Under the pieces are notes generated by a model. The model worked only from the letters and a program-made list of their open reading frames with translations, was not told the origin of the DNA and ran no database searches. DNA of 39,769 nt, taken from Verrucomicrobiota bacterium. GTDB taxonomy: Bacteria; Verrucomicrobiota; Verrucomicrobiia; Chthoniobacterales; JAFAMB01. Position 1 is the first letter of the stretch, and each line of letters begins with the position of its first letter. The stretch spans positions 1 through 39,769 of the forward strand of contig JAFAMB010000026.1 of the NCBI GenBank assembly GCA_019233825.1, given 5' to 3'. The position numbers and the translations under genes are program-made. This document shows positions 1-9,211 of the stretch, piece after piece.

Positions 1-33
1 GTGCATCCGAGCCAAATCAGACGAAACTAGATC

Positions 34-255
34 ATGTCTCTCACCGAGCGAGCGGCGAAAGCGGCGAAAATCGCTGAGGAACCGCACCTTTACAAGGTTT
101 GTGAGGCGTGTGATTCGATCGTGACCAGGCGTGTTGCGACCTGCCCGAGCTGCCACGGCTACCGTTTCAATGAGGATCCAAAAGTAGTCGTTCAACAGGC
201 CAAAATCCTCGGCTCCCGCGAGCAGCGCAGCGTAGTAACTGAGGATCTCCTGTAG
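34..255 (+). CDS. small zinc-ribbon-like hypothetical protein
   Basis: 73-aa ORF with ATG start and two CxxC motifs (CEAC, CPSC). Confidence 0.7.
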   Translation: MSLTERAAKAAKIAEEPHLYKVCEACDSIVTRRVATCPSCHGYRFNEDPKVVVQQAKILGSREQRSVVTEDLL

Positions 256-272
256 GATCGATCCCTTCCAAC

Positions 273-363
273 CGGTAGAGTCGCGCTCCTGCGCGACCAA
301 GGGTCGCCCGCGTAACCGTCGCCGGTCGCTCACGCCCGGTCGCGCGGGAGCGTGACTCTACCG
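273..363. repeat. inverted pair of GTAG-type REP palindromes (REPIN/BIME-like)
   Basis: 273-298 CGGTAGAGTCGCGCTCCTGCGCGACC and 338-363 GGTCGCGCGGGAGCGTGACTCTACCG are reverse complements with 2 mismatches; each arm is GTAG plus an internal hairpin (GTCGCGC-TCCT-GCGCGAC); lies between convergent genes. Confidence 0.8.
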
Positions 364-388
364 CCAAGCGCATTGCGCGGCTAAAAAG

Positions 389-1333
389 CTAGGTCGGCCG
401 GAATTCGGATTCGAGAGCGAGTGTCGCCGCGCCGATAATCCCGGCATCGTTGCCGAGTGTCGCCGGCAAGACCTCAAGTTTTTCCCAAAACGTTTTTTCG
501 CAGCGGGACCTGATCGTTTGCCGGATGTACCCGAACAATCTCTCTCCGGCATTGGCAACACCGCCTCCTATGACAATGCGGTCAGGATTGACCAGCCAGA
601 TCACATTCGTGAGGCCGACTCCAATCTTGAGCCCTATGTCGGCCCAAAGCCTATCAGCGAGTTCGTCCCCTTCATCTGCCGCTCTTGCCAGGTTCTCCAG
701 ATGTGCTTCTTCATCGGACAAGGTTTTCCCGGCTTCCTTATAGATCTCTTTGGCTCGCGCCGAGATCTGGCGATGCCCGACGTAAGCCTCGAGAGCCCCT
801 TTATTGCCATAGACGAAGTCGACACCCGCATAATCGATTGACATCTGACCGATCTCTCCGGCTACCCACGTTCCTCCACGGTATAGTCGGCTGTTTAAAA
901 TCAGCGCCCCACCAACCGCTGTCCCCAGCGTCACACAGATAACGTTTGGCACCGACTGCCCAGCCCCATGTTTCCACTCTGCGTACGCCATTGCCTTGGC
1001 ATCATTTTCCAGGTTCCCGACGAGGCTGGTGCGTTCCATGATAACCGACCGCAAAGGGACGTTGTGCCATCCTTTTACATTAGTGAGATTCACCACAACC
1101 CCTTCGATCGGATTGATGATCCCGGGAACTCCAAACCCGACGGCATCGGCATCGGGGTGTATCTCTTTCAGACGCAGAATCTCTTCAACGAAAGCGTCAA
1201 TTAGCGCCGCGGTGTTCCCATCCTGCCGGGTCGGGATGACTTCGCCTCTTGTGACGATCTTGCCATCCTTAACAACGCCCGTCTTGGTACTCGTGGCGCC
1301 CATGTCAAAACCAATTGCTGTAGGGGTTTTCAT
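389..1333 (-). CDS. ROK family sugar kinase (glucokinase-like)
   Basis: GFDMGATSTK, GVPG, ENDAKA, LGTAVGG, AGEIG, IGGGV and LGNDAGIIGAA motifs. Confidence 0.9.
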   Translation of the reverse strand: MKTPTAIGFDMGATSTKTGVVKDGKIVTRGEVIPTRQDGNTAALIDAFVEEILRLKEIHPDADAVGFGVPGIINPIEGVVVNLTNVKGWHNVPLRSVIMERTSLVGNLENDAKAMAYAEWKHGAGQSVPNVICVTLGTAVGGALILNSRLYRGGTWVAGEIGQMSIDYAGVDFVYGNKGALEAYVGHRQISARAKEIYKEAGKTLSDEEAHLENLARAADEGDELADRLWADIGLKIGVGLTNVIWLVNPDRIVIGGGVANAGERLFGYIRQTIRSRCEKTFWEKLEVLPATLGNDAGIIGAATLALESEFRPT

Positions 1334-2064
1334 GACTTCAAATTTCTTAGCGCGATCAGACGCAATCCTTCCAGAGTGAGATCCAAATCGACGATTTGCA
1401 ACTCCGGAAGTTTAGCTGCGATCAGATCGGCATAACTCCCCGTGGCGACGATTCTGACTTTCCCCTCCAGTTTCGCGACAATTTCCGTTACGATCTGGCG
1501 AACCAAGCCACGGTAACCATAAATCGCGCCCGCGAGCATCGCGTCCTTTGTTGTTTTACCAATCACAGTCACCGGCTCTTCGAGATCGATTTTAGGCAAG
1601 AGTGCAGTGCGTTGGAACAGGTAGTCCGTCATCACCCTGAGTCCGGGGGCGATTACTCCCCCTTCGTACACGCCCTTACGGGAAAGAATGTCAAACGTCA
1701 CCGCTGTTCCGAAGTCAACCACAATCGCGGGACAGCCGTAGCGGGCAGCCACCCCCACGGCGTTGGCTAGCCGGTCCGCACCGATCCCGCGCGGATCTGA
1801 GAAATCGATCCCGATCCCGAGATCAAGGTCGGGAGTAAGTTCCTTCATGCGAACACGGAGCAAACTCCGAAAAATCGAGGTCTTTTTGGGAACGACCGAC
1901 GCGATAAGCGTGTGGTCAAAACTCCATTGCCGGATGGCACGGCTGACCGCTGGGATCGACAGCGTTTCGGTGCGAATCACCTTTTTAGCGAGCAGCCTTT
2001 CCTCGTCGGCGAGAGCCAGCTTGGTTGAAGTATTGTTCAAATTGACCAGAAGAAATCTTTGCAT
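1330..2064 (-). CDS. coaX: type III pantothenate kinase
   Basis: ASVVP, GADR, VDFGTAVTFD, GGVIAPG, LTLEGL motifs; ATG at 2064 preferred over upstream TTG; 4-nt overlap with the ROK gene. Confidence 0.9.
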   Translation of the reverse strand: MQRFLLVNLNNTSTKLALADEERLLAKKVIRTETLSIPAVSRAIRQWSFDHTLIASVVPKKTSIFRSLLRVRMKELTPDLDLGIGIDFSDPRGIGADRLANAVGVAARYGCPAIVVDFGTAVTFDILSRKGVYEGGVIAPGLRVMTDYLFQRTALLPKIDLEEPVTVIGKTTKDAMLAGAIYGYRGLVRQIVTEIVAKLEGKVRIVATGSYADLIAAKLPELQIVDLDLTLEGLRLIALRNLKS

Positions 2065-2244
2065 AGCGAAGGGGGGAGCCGCGGTGGCGTTCAACTATAG
2101 CGCAGGGCAACGTCCGGAACAGGTTAAAGAGGGCCCGCTGAAGGGAGAACGTTCTCCTCTGCGGCCTTCCCCCCCATCTCCCCCATCTCCGGACCCTCTT
2201 AAGTCGAAGTTGCCGCACGCATGCATTCTCCGCTAACATTCAGG

Positions 2245-3237
2245 ATGCTTCACCTGATACATCGGCCGCGCCGGCTGCGTTCGACCGACCCAATGAGACG
2301 GATGATTCGGGAAACTCGCCTGGACGTTCACCAGCTGATCTATCCTGTCTTTGTTTCCGAAAAGATCCCCGGCCGATTTGACATAGCGAGTATGCCGGGC
2401 GTCGCTCAGCTCTCTTTGAGCACCCTGAAGGATGAAGCTGAATCGATCGCTCAGCTCGGGATTACTGCCGTACTATTGTTCGGGATTCCCGAACAGAAAG
2501 ATGAACTTGCATCCCAGGCGTACGCGGAGAGTGGAATCGTTCAACGGGCCATCCACGCGATTAAGCAGGCCGCGCCTGATTTGATCGTCATTAGCGACGT
2601 TTGCCTCTGCGAATACACCTCGCACGGACATTGCGGCGTGATCGGCAAAGAAGGGGGGCACTATCATGTCCTGAACGATGCGTCCGTTGAGCTCCTGGTT
2701 AAGACTGCGATCAGCCACGCCCGTGCGGGCGCAGATATTGTGGCTCCAAGTGACATGATGGACGGTCGGATAGGCGCTATCCGGACCGCGCTTGACAGCC
2801 ATGGATTTACAAACGTCCTGGTCATGAGCTACGCCTCAAAATTCTGTTCTGCATTTTACGGCCCGTTCAGGGAGGCTGCTGAGAGCGCGCCTCAGTTTGG
2901 CGACCGTCGCACCTACCAGATGGACCCGGCGAATGCGTTGGAGGCACTGCGCGAAGTGGCTCTGGACGTCGAAGAAGGTGCGGATCTGATTATTGTAAAA
3001 CCAGGTCTGCCCTATTTGGATATTCTCTGGCGCGTGAAGGAGCGCTTTGAACTACCCACTGCTGTCTATAACGTCAGCGGTGAATATGCGATGGTTAAAG
3101 CCGCTGCTAAAATGGGCTGGCTGGACGAGAAACGCGCCGTCATCGAGATAATGACAGGGTTCCGGCGGGCCGGCGCCGATATGATCATTACCTATTGGGC
3201 AAAAGATCTGGCAGTTTGGCTGAAAGAAGATTCTTGA
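2245..3237 (+). CDS. hemB: porphobilinogen synthase (delta-aminolevulinate dehydratase)
   Basis: RPRRLR, DVCLCEYTSHGHCG, APSDMMDGR, FYGPFREA, VKPG, YNVSGEYAM; start 2245 or 2221. Confidence 0.97.
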   Translation: MLHLIHRPRRLRSTDPMRRMIRETRLDVHQLIYPVFVSEKIPGRFDIASMPGVAQLSLSTLKDEAESIAQLGITAVLLFGIPEQKDELASQAYAESGIVQRAIHAIKQAAPDLIVISDVCLCEYTSHGHCGVIGKEGGHYHVLNDASVELLVKTAISHARAGADIVAPSDMMDGRIGAIRTALDSHGFTNVLVMSYASKFCSAFYGPFREAAESAPQFGDRRTYQMDPANALEALREVALDVEEGADLIIVKPGLPYLDILWRVKERFELPTAVYNVSGEYAMVKAAAKMGWLDEKRAVIEIMTGFRRAGADMIITYWAKDLAVWLKEDS

Positions 3238-3319
3238 TTCAGAACCCGGTTTGGATCTGAGAATGCGGCACTTGGCGGGGCGTTTAGGGCTGCTCGACGG
3301 GGCGCGGAATCCCGAAAAG

Positions 3320-4537
3320 CTACTTTCTATCCAGTTCTACAGGATAGCGCTTCTCAATCGCTGCCGGCTCCTGCCCGCGCAAAGTAGTCGCCAAACCAAA
3401 TGCCAGGGCGATGATGACTCCACCCACCAGAAACGGCGTGTTGCCGTATTGGGCATTTGGACGCAGGTGATCCCCGGCCAGCAGGAATCCAGCGAGGACC
3501 GGACCGAAGACGCGTCCCAAGCTTCCAGCTGATTGGACGACACCCAACACCCGCCCTTGGAGAGCCGCGCTGGCACCTTTGGAGGCCAGGGCGTTAACGG
3601 TCGGCTGTGACAAGCTGTTGCCAATCGCCAGGCCGACACTGAATAAAAGGAAAATTGGTACTGACCTTGCGAACGGCATCACTATCATACTGGCTGCCAT
3701 CAGAGCAAAGCCGATGATCGCCAAGTTGGCATCTCCGAAACGTTTGGAGAGCCTCCCAATGCCGCCACCTTGAATCGCAGCCCCGATGAGACCCATCATT
3801 ACGAAAATATAACTGATCTGGCTTTGATTTAGTCCGAATCGCCGATTACTGACCTGCGGATAAATGACCGTCACGATCGCAAAGCCGGCGATGGCGATGA
3901 AGTAGGTGATCGTGATGACTCCGAGGCGCCAGCTGCCGGCCTGCTCGAATAATGCATACAAATTCAACGGGCCTTTTTGGCGCGCCGCATGCCTTTCCGG
4001 TTCCGGAAGCACAATCCACATCAGAATTGCATTCAGAACCGAGAGGATCGCCGCGAACCAGAACGGTGCGATTACCGAGAAGTGGCTAAGAATACCGCCG
4101 ATCGCGGGACCGAGAACGAAACCGACCCCAAAAGCAGCACCGATCAATCCTATCCTCTTTGAACGGTTTTCGGGCGGCGTGATATCGGCGATATAGGCTG
4201 AAGCCGTACCGACGCTGGCACCGGCTACGCCGGCAAGAATTCGCGCTAAAAATAGCATAGTAAGCGATGCGGCATTGGCCATCAGGAAATAGCCGGCAGC
4301 CGACCCGGCCAGGCTGCAAAGCAGAACCGGTTTACGACCATAACGATCGGAAAACCAACCTAACACCGGCGACGCTAGAAACTGCATGAAGGAATAAGAA
4401 GCAAGCAGGATCCCGATTTGCCATTCGGTTGCCTGAAAGCGTTGCGCGTACAAAGGCAGGATCGGTATGATCATGCCAAATCCGATCAGGTCAATGAAAA
4501 CAATCGAAAGAATGCTTGTGAGCGGTGATTTCTTCAT
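3320..4537 (-). CDS. MFS transporter, TetA/DHA1-like
   Basis: multiple hydrophobic helices; motif A GWFSDRYGRKPVL, AYIADIT, motif C GFVLGPAIGG. Confidence 0.92.
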   Translation of the reverse strand: MKKSPLTSILSIVFIDLIGFGMIIPILPLYAQRFQATEWQIGILLASYSFMQFLASPVLGWFSDRYGRKPVLLCSLAGSAAGYFLMANAASLTMLFLARILAGVAGASVGTASAYIADITPPENRSKRIGLIGAAFGVGFVLGPAIGGILSHFSVIAPFWFAAILSVLNAILMWIVLPEPERHAARQKGPLNLYALFEQAGSWRLGVITITYFIAIAGFAIVTVIYPQVSNRRFGLNQSQISYIFVMMGLIGAAIQGGGIGRLSKRFGDANLAIIGFALMAASMIVMPFARSVPIFLLFSVGLAIGNSLSQPTVNALASKGASAALQGRVLGVVQSAGSLGRVFGPVLAGFLLAGDHLRPNAQYGNTPFLVGGVIIALAFGLATTLRGQEPAAIEKRYPVELDRK

Positions 4538-4595
4538 GCTGTCAAAACTTGAAAAACCGTCGGGACCAAACACAAGAACAGTGCCACGGTCGACT

Positions 4596-7088
4596 TCATT
4601 CCAGGCTTCCCTTCGTCACTCCCAATTGAAGATGCACCTTCAAATCGCGCCAGACTTCCTCCCCAGGAATCTTTCCCTGGAGTAGCCGTCGGTACAAGCG
4701 GATTAAGCGACGGGCTTCGGAACGGTTTTCGGTCAGGAACTCAATCCGGAACCGCCGCAAGCCCGCTCCCAGCAACGCTTGGGCGTACTGAGCGCCGGTC
4801 TGCGCTCGGGCGTTGAATAACGTGTTTCGGCAACCCACATCCGCCTTCAGAAGATGTTCGGAGCCGACCCGGTCACGCAACTTCACCACGTGCCGATCGC
4901 AAGGGCGTCCGCAATTTGTGTAATCGGTGCCATTAGAAAGGAAGGCAGCGAACACACAATGCTCCATATGAAACATTGGCATGTGTTGGTGAATCGTGAG
5001 TTCAAACCGGCTCGCCGGGTCGTACCGGAGTAACGATAACACCTCTTTAACGCTCAAATCATAGGAAACCGTGAGCTGTTCAAGGCCCTGCTCCAGGAAA
5101 AAGCGCGCCGTCAAAGGATTTGCGACATTCAGTGAAAAGTCTCCGTGCAATCGGAAATCCTTTTCGCGAAAGAAGGAAATTGAGCCGAGGTTTCGAATCA
5201 GCACGCCGAACGGCCGAGCGTTTTCGATCAACCGAAAAAAACCCTGTTCGCCGGGTTTCTGAATCCGCGGGGTAGCAAGAAAGACCTGCGCACGATCGCC
5301 TGTTCGCTCGATCGCTTTCTGGTAGAGCCGGACATCCTCAAAGTCGACGTAGACCGTTTCGATCGCCTCTTCGATCGCCGCCTCGATCTGCTCGAAGGAC
5401 CGGCAGAGCGTGATGAGTTCTGGAGACTTGTTTCCGAGGGCCGGCGTTTCGACGAGAAGGTCTGCTAAAGCTGACTCTGGCGAGCGCCGCGGTCGGCCCG
5501 AGATGACCCGATCTTCCGCCGCTACCAGGGACGGTCGGAACGCCTTGTTCAGGGCAGATTGTGGAGCAGCAGTTGCGGCCACCAACCTGCCGATCGCATC
5601 GCGTCGGAGCTGGTTAATGTAACGGATCGCGATAAATACGTCACCCTCCAGTTTTGCATTAAAAGTCCGTAATACGTACCCGGTATCACCCAAGCGACCC
5701 AACTGCTCGCGCAAAATCGACTCGGTGAGAACCGATGTTCGTGCAAGGCTCAGCCTTACTTCTGAATCCGCCTCAGCGGTATGCTCCCCTGAAATTACGC
5801 GCAGCCTCAGCGGTTCACCGTCCCGGCCTGACACTTCCATATCTACCGGGGTCCGTGCCGGCTCAGGATCACGCGCGAAAGTTTGCCGTAACCGCCTGTT
5901 TAGAGCAGGATCATCCGTTTTCCACAAACGGTGACCAACTTTCAACCGCTGAAAATCGATCCGGCCGTTTTGGAAATAGAGACGGCCGAATCGAAACTCG
6001 TAGATCCTGCCGCCTTGCTCTTGTTCGGTATCATCTCCGGTATCAAACACCACGCCATCGCCGGGTTTGAGCTGTGCCTCCGGGTCCACCTCGACGTAAT
6101 CTTTTCCAACTCCCCGGACGAGCCCGATAAACGGTCCCCGCTTCTTGCCGCATCGCGCGTTCACCAGCCGCTGATGGTTGACGCCCCGAAGCCAGCCAGA
6201 GAAAAGACCGCGTGAAAAAGTCATCTCCAGACTGTAACGATCTCCGGCCGAAACCTTGGCGACCTGCTCTTCGGAGCGAAGCGCTGCCATCGCGCGATCA
6301 ATCGCATTCCGATAGACTTGGGTTACCGCCGCTACATATTCCGGTGACTTCAGCCTTCCTTCGATCTTGAAACTTGCGATGCCGAGACGTATCAACTCCG
6401 GGATCTCATCAATCCCCGCGAGATCTTGCGGCGAAAGAAGATATCTTTTGTCGCCGAGATCCTTCGGCCGGCCATCAACAATGAGTTGATACGGCAGTCG
6501 GCAGGCTTGAGCGCATTCACCGCGGTTGGCACTGCGCTGGCCTAGTGACTCGCTGGTCAAACACTGGCCGGAGTACGCAACGCAAAGCGCACCGTGCACG
6601 AAAACCTCAACGGGAAACTCGCTGGTTGGAAACCGCTTCAGCTCGCGCAATGAAAGTTCCCGCGCGACAATAGCACGAGTGATGCCTAGTTCCCTTGCTA
6701 ACTCCAGACCCTCCGGAGAACTGATGGTCATCTGCGTTGAAGCGTGCAACTCAAGGTCTGGAGCAACCTCGCGAGCAAGACGAGCTAAGCCCGGATCCTG
6801 CACGATGATCGCGTCGACGGCCGCTTCGGCCAATCGGACCAGCATGTGCCCGGCATCTTGAAGCTCATTTGTAAAAATCAACGTGTTCAGCGTAACGAAG
6901 CCGCGTACCCCATACCGATGAAGGTATCCCATAATTTCCGGCAAATCTTCCTCCTGGAAATTATCCGCACGGAGACGAGCGTTAAACCGGTCCAAGCCGA
7001 AATAAACTGCATCGGCTCCATTCGCAACGGCCGCACGAAGACATTCCCAGTTGCCTGCGGGGCTAAGTAGTTCTGGCCGTCGAATCAT
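4596..7088 (-). CDS. U32 family protein, long DUF3656-type (RlhA-like rRNA hydroxylation protein)
   Basis: PELLSPAG, GADAVYFG, LHASTQ, EVFVHGALCVAYSGQC, NRGECAQACR, KIEGRLK; degenerate second U32-like half with further Cys residues. Confidence 0.88.
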   Translation of the reverse strand: MIRRPELLSPAGNWECLRAAVANGADAVYFGLDRFNARLRADNFQEEDLPEIMGYLHRYGVRGFVTLNTLIFTNELQDAGHMLVRLAEAAVDAIIVQDPGLARLAREVAPDLELHASTQMTISSPEGLELARELGITRAIVARELSLRELKRFPTSEFPVEVFVHGALCVAYSGQCLTSESLGQRSANRGECAQACRLPYQLIVDGRPKDLGDKRYLLSPQDLAGIDEIPELIRLGIASFKIEGRLKSPEYVAAVTQVYRNAIDRAMAALRSEEQVAKVSAGDRYSLEMTFSRGLFSGWLRGVNHQRLVNARCGKKRGPFIGLVRGVGKDYVEVDPEAQLKPGDGVVFDTGDDTEQEQGGRIYEFRFGRLYFQNGRIDFQRLKVGHRLWKTDDPALNRRLRQTFARDPEPARTPVDMEVSGRDGEPLRLRVISGEHTAEADSEVRLSLARTSVLTESILREQLGRLGDTGYVLRTFNAKLEGDVFIAIRYINQLRRDAIGRLVAATAAPQSALNKAFRPSLVAAEDRVISGRPRRSPESALADLLVETPALGNKSPELITLCRSFEQIEAAIEEAIETVYVDFEDVRLYQKAIERTGDRAQVFLATPRIQKPGEQGFFRLIENARPFGVLIRNLGSISFFREKDFRLHGDFSLNVANPLTARFFLEQGLEQLTVSYDLSVKEVLSLLRYDPASRFELTIHQHMPMFHMEHCVFAAFLSNGTDYTNCGRPCDRHVVKLRDRVGSEHLLKADVGCRNTLFNARAQTGAQYAQALLGAGLRRFRIEFLTENRSEARRLIRLYRRLLQGKIPGEEVWRDLKVHLQLGVTKGSLE

Positions 7089-7138
7089 TTCCTTACCCTA
7101 GCGCGATACCGGCCAGCCCGCAAAAATCAGGAAGGCCA

Positions 7139-7166
7139 GTAGGGCGAGGCGGAGCGCGTCCCTACC
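7139..7166. repeat. solitary REP-like palindrome
   Basis: GTAGGGCGAGGCGGAGCGCGTCCCTACC: GTAGGG...CCCTAC ends; first 12 nt identical to the rpsQ repeat unit. Confidence 0.6.
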
Positions 7167-7222
7167 ACAGAGCCGGAGAATGTGGACTTGCCAGTTTTCT
7201 TCTCTTTTGCTTCATAGGCGCC

Positions 7223-8032
7223 GTGCGATTCCGTCCAACTGCGACCATCTGGTTTATCATGCTGGCACCGTTCCTGACGTTTATGTTGGTAGCAGCCGGG
7301 CGTATCTGGGGATTGTGGATCTTGTTTGTTTCTCATTTGTTGCTGCTGATGGTGACCTTGGTGCCGTCACTGCAGGGATTCGGGCCGGTCCTAACGAAAT
7401 ACTGCACCAAGGCTAAAACGGCTTGGCTGACGATCGATGACGGGCCTGATCCCAGCACCACACCACAGGTTATTGCTTTGCTAGAAAAATACGACGCTCA
7501 CGCCACCTTCTTTTTGATCGGCGAAAAAGTAGCCAAATATCCCGAGCTAACTCTTATGATCTTGGCTGCCGGTCACGCCATCGGCAATCATACTCAGACC
7601 CATCCTCAATTCAGTTTCTGGCGACTCGGCCCGAAGGCTCTTGCACGGGAAATTGACGGATTCGAAGGAACGATCACTTCTCTCGGGATTGCTACTCCGC
7701 TCTGGTTTCGTGCGCCGGCAGGCATGAAGAACCCGTTTCTGCATCCGATTTTGGCAACCCGCGGTCTCCGGCTGGTCGGATGGAGCGCCCGAGGCTATGA
7801 CACCCGGATCGCTAATTCTGGGAAAATCGTTTGCCGGATCAAACGCTCCCTCGTTTCAGGCACAATCATTTTGTTTCACGAAAGAAAGCAATCGGAAATC
7901 TGCCTGAAGGCGCTCGAGCAGCTATTGCGCGAACTTACCGTCGACCGTTTCAGCTTGATTGTTCCTACAGCGAAAGAGCTTCTGACCGGCAATGAATCTG
8001 TTGGGAAACATCTTGAACGCGGCTCAGCCTGA
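7223..8032 (+). CDS. membrane-anchored polysaccharide deacetylase (NodB/CE4)
   Basis: N-terminal hydrophobic helices; LTIDDGP, ATFFLIG, IGNHTQTH, FRAPAG, ILFHE. Confidence 0.9.
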   Translation: MRFRPTATIWFIMLAPFLTFMLVAAGRIWGLWILFVSHLLLLMVTLVPSLQGFGPVLTKYCTKAKTAWLTIDDGPDPSTTPQVIALLEKYDAHATFFLIGEKVAKYPELTLMILAAGHAIGNHTQTHPQFSFWRLGPKALAREIDGFEGTITSLGIATPLWFRAPAGMKNPFLHPILATRGLRLVGWSARGYDTRIANSGKIVCRIKRSLVSGTIILFHERKQSEICLKALEQLLRELTVDRFSLIVPTAKELLTGNESVGKHLERGSA

Positions 8033-8048
8033 GTGACATTTTGCAGGC

Positions 8049-8291
8049 ATGGATGAGTACTACGGCACACTCGCGAAGGCGTTGCGGGACCGGCTGCAAG
8101 TTATTGCGGATAGCCAGCTTCGGGAGCAGGACCCGACAGGGCACCTGACAAAACTGAGGCAAGCCTCTGAACGGATAGAGGAACTGAAGAAAAGGTTGCC
8201 GTCCGATACCGATCCGATGCTCGCCCACTACTTGGATCGAATGAGCCTGAGCAAAGCGCTCGAGTTTGTTCAAAATCACTACCTCAGGTAA
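8049..8291 (+). CDS. small helical hypothetical protein
   Basis: 80-aa ATG ORF fitting the gap between co-directional genes; protein-like composition. Confidence 0.7.
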   Translation: MDEYYGTLAKALRDRLQVIADSQLREQDPTGHLTKLRQASERIEELKKRLPSDTDPMLAHYLDRMSLSKALEFVQNHYLR

Positions 8292-8303
8292 TCTTGTGGT
8301 CCG

Positions 8304-9200
8304 ATGCGAATCGCCGTGCTCGCGGACATTCATGGAAATTTGCCGGCTCTCGAAGCGGTCGTGGCGGATATCGAGCGGCGAAGTCCCGACCTCGTATTCG
8401 TGGCAGGCGATTTCCAGAATCGTGGTCCGAATCCTCGCGAAGTCACGAAGTTCGTCGCCGAGAGCGGTTGGACGCTGCTACGCGGAAATCACGAGGATTA
8501 TGTGATCAGGCAGAGCCAGGATTCTCGAGTCCTGGATATTTCCGACTACTACAATTGGCTGCCTGCACGGTGGACGGCTAATCTGACACACGATTCCGTG
8601 CATTGGATCAAACAGTTGCCCATCGCGACGTCATTGACGGGTCCAGACCAACTTTCTATCACGATCGCCCACGGTTCCAAGCGGTCGAACGACGAAGGGT
8701 TTTTTCCTACCACTTCGGAGGCTAAGGCTAAGGAAATGATCGGTGCCGACCCGCCTGGCCTTCTTTGCGTCGGACACTCTCATCTCCCTCTTGTCCGCAG
8801 GATCAGTGCCACGCTGCTAGTCAATGTTGGCTCAGTTGGATTTCCATTCGATGGCGACCAGCGCGCCTGTTACGGGCTCATCACGTGGAATCGAAATCAT
8901 TGGGAAGTTGATATTCGCAGGATTGAGTACGCGGTCGACAAAGTCGTCGCCGAATTCGAGCGAGTGAAATTCTATCATGGCGCGGGGCCCCTCGCCTACG
9001 TGATCCGGAGGGAGTTAGAGTCTGCCCGCCCTCACCTGACGCCTTTTCAGTACCTGTTCGGACCGCCGCTGCGGGCCGGCAAATTGTCAATCCTCGACGC
9101 CGTTGGAGCGTATCTGGAGATGCCGCAGAAACATATCGAGGACCAATTCATTCGGGTATTCAGTAGCCTGCATCCCTCACAAATCTTCAGAGATTTGTGA
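8304..9200 (+). CDS. metallophosphoesterase (calcineurin-like)
   Basis: ADIHGN, AGD, RGNHE, AHGS, GHSH, NVGSVG motifs. Confidence 0.92.
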   Translation: MRIAVLADIHGNLPALEAVVADIERRSPDLVFVAGDFQNRGPNPREVTKFVAESGWTLLRGNHEDYVIRQSQDSRVLDISDYYNWLPARWTANLTHDSVHWIKQLPIATSLTGPDQLSITIAHGSKRSNDEGFFPTTSEAKAKEMIGADPPGLLCVGHSHLPLVRRISATLLVNVGSVGFPFDGDQRACYGLITWNRNHWEVDIRRIEYAVDKVVAEFERVKFYHGAGPLAYVIRRELESARPHLTPFQYLFGPPLRAGKLSILDAVGAYLEMPQKHIEDQFIRVFSSLHPSQIFRDL

Positions 9201-9211
9201 GCGATGCAGGC

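Noticed and set aside
3320-4537. Acquired tetracycline resistance gene
   Set aside because: Generic chromosomal DHA1-type MFS with no tetR or mobile context; substrate cannot be inferred
7451-7461. CCCAGCACCAC match to the rnpB hairpin termini
   Set aside because: Inside a conserved coding motif (DPSTTP) with no inverted partner; likely chance
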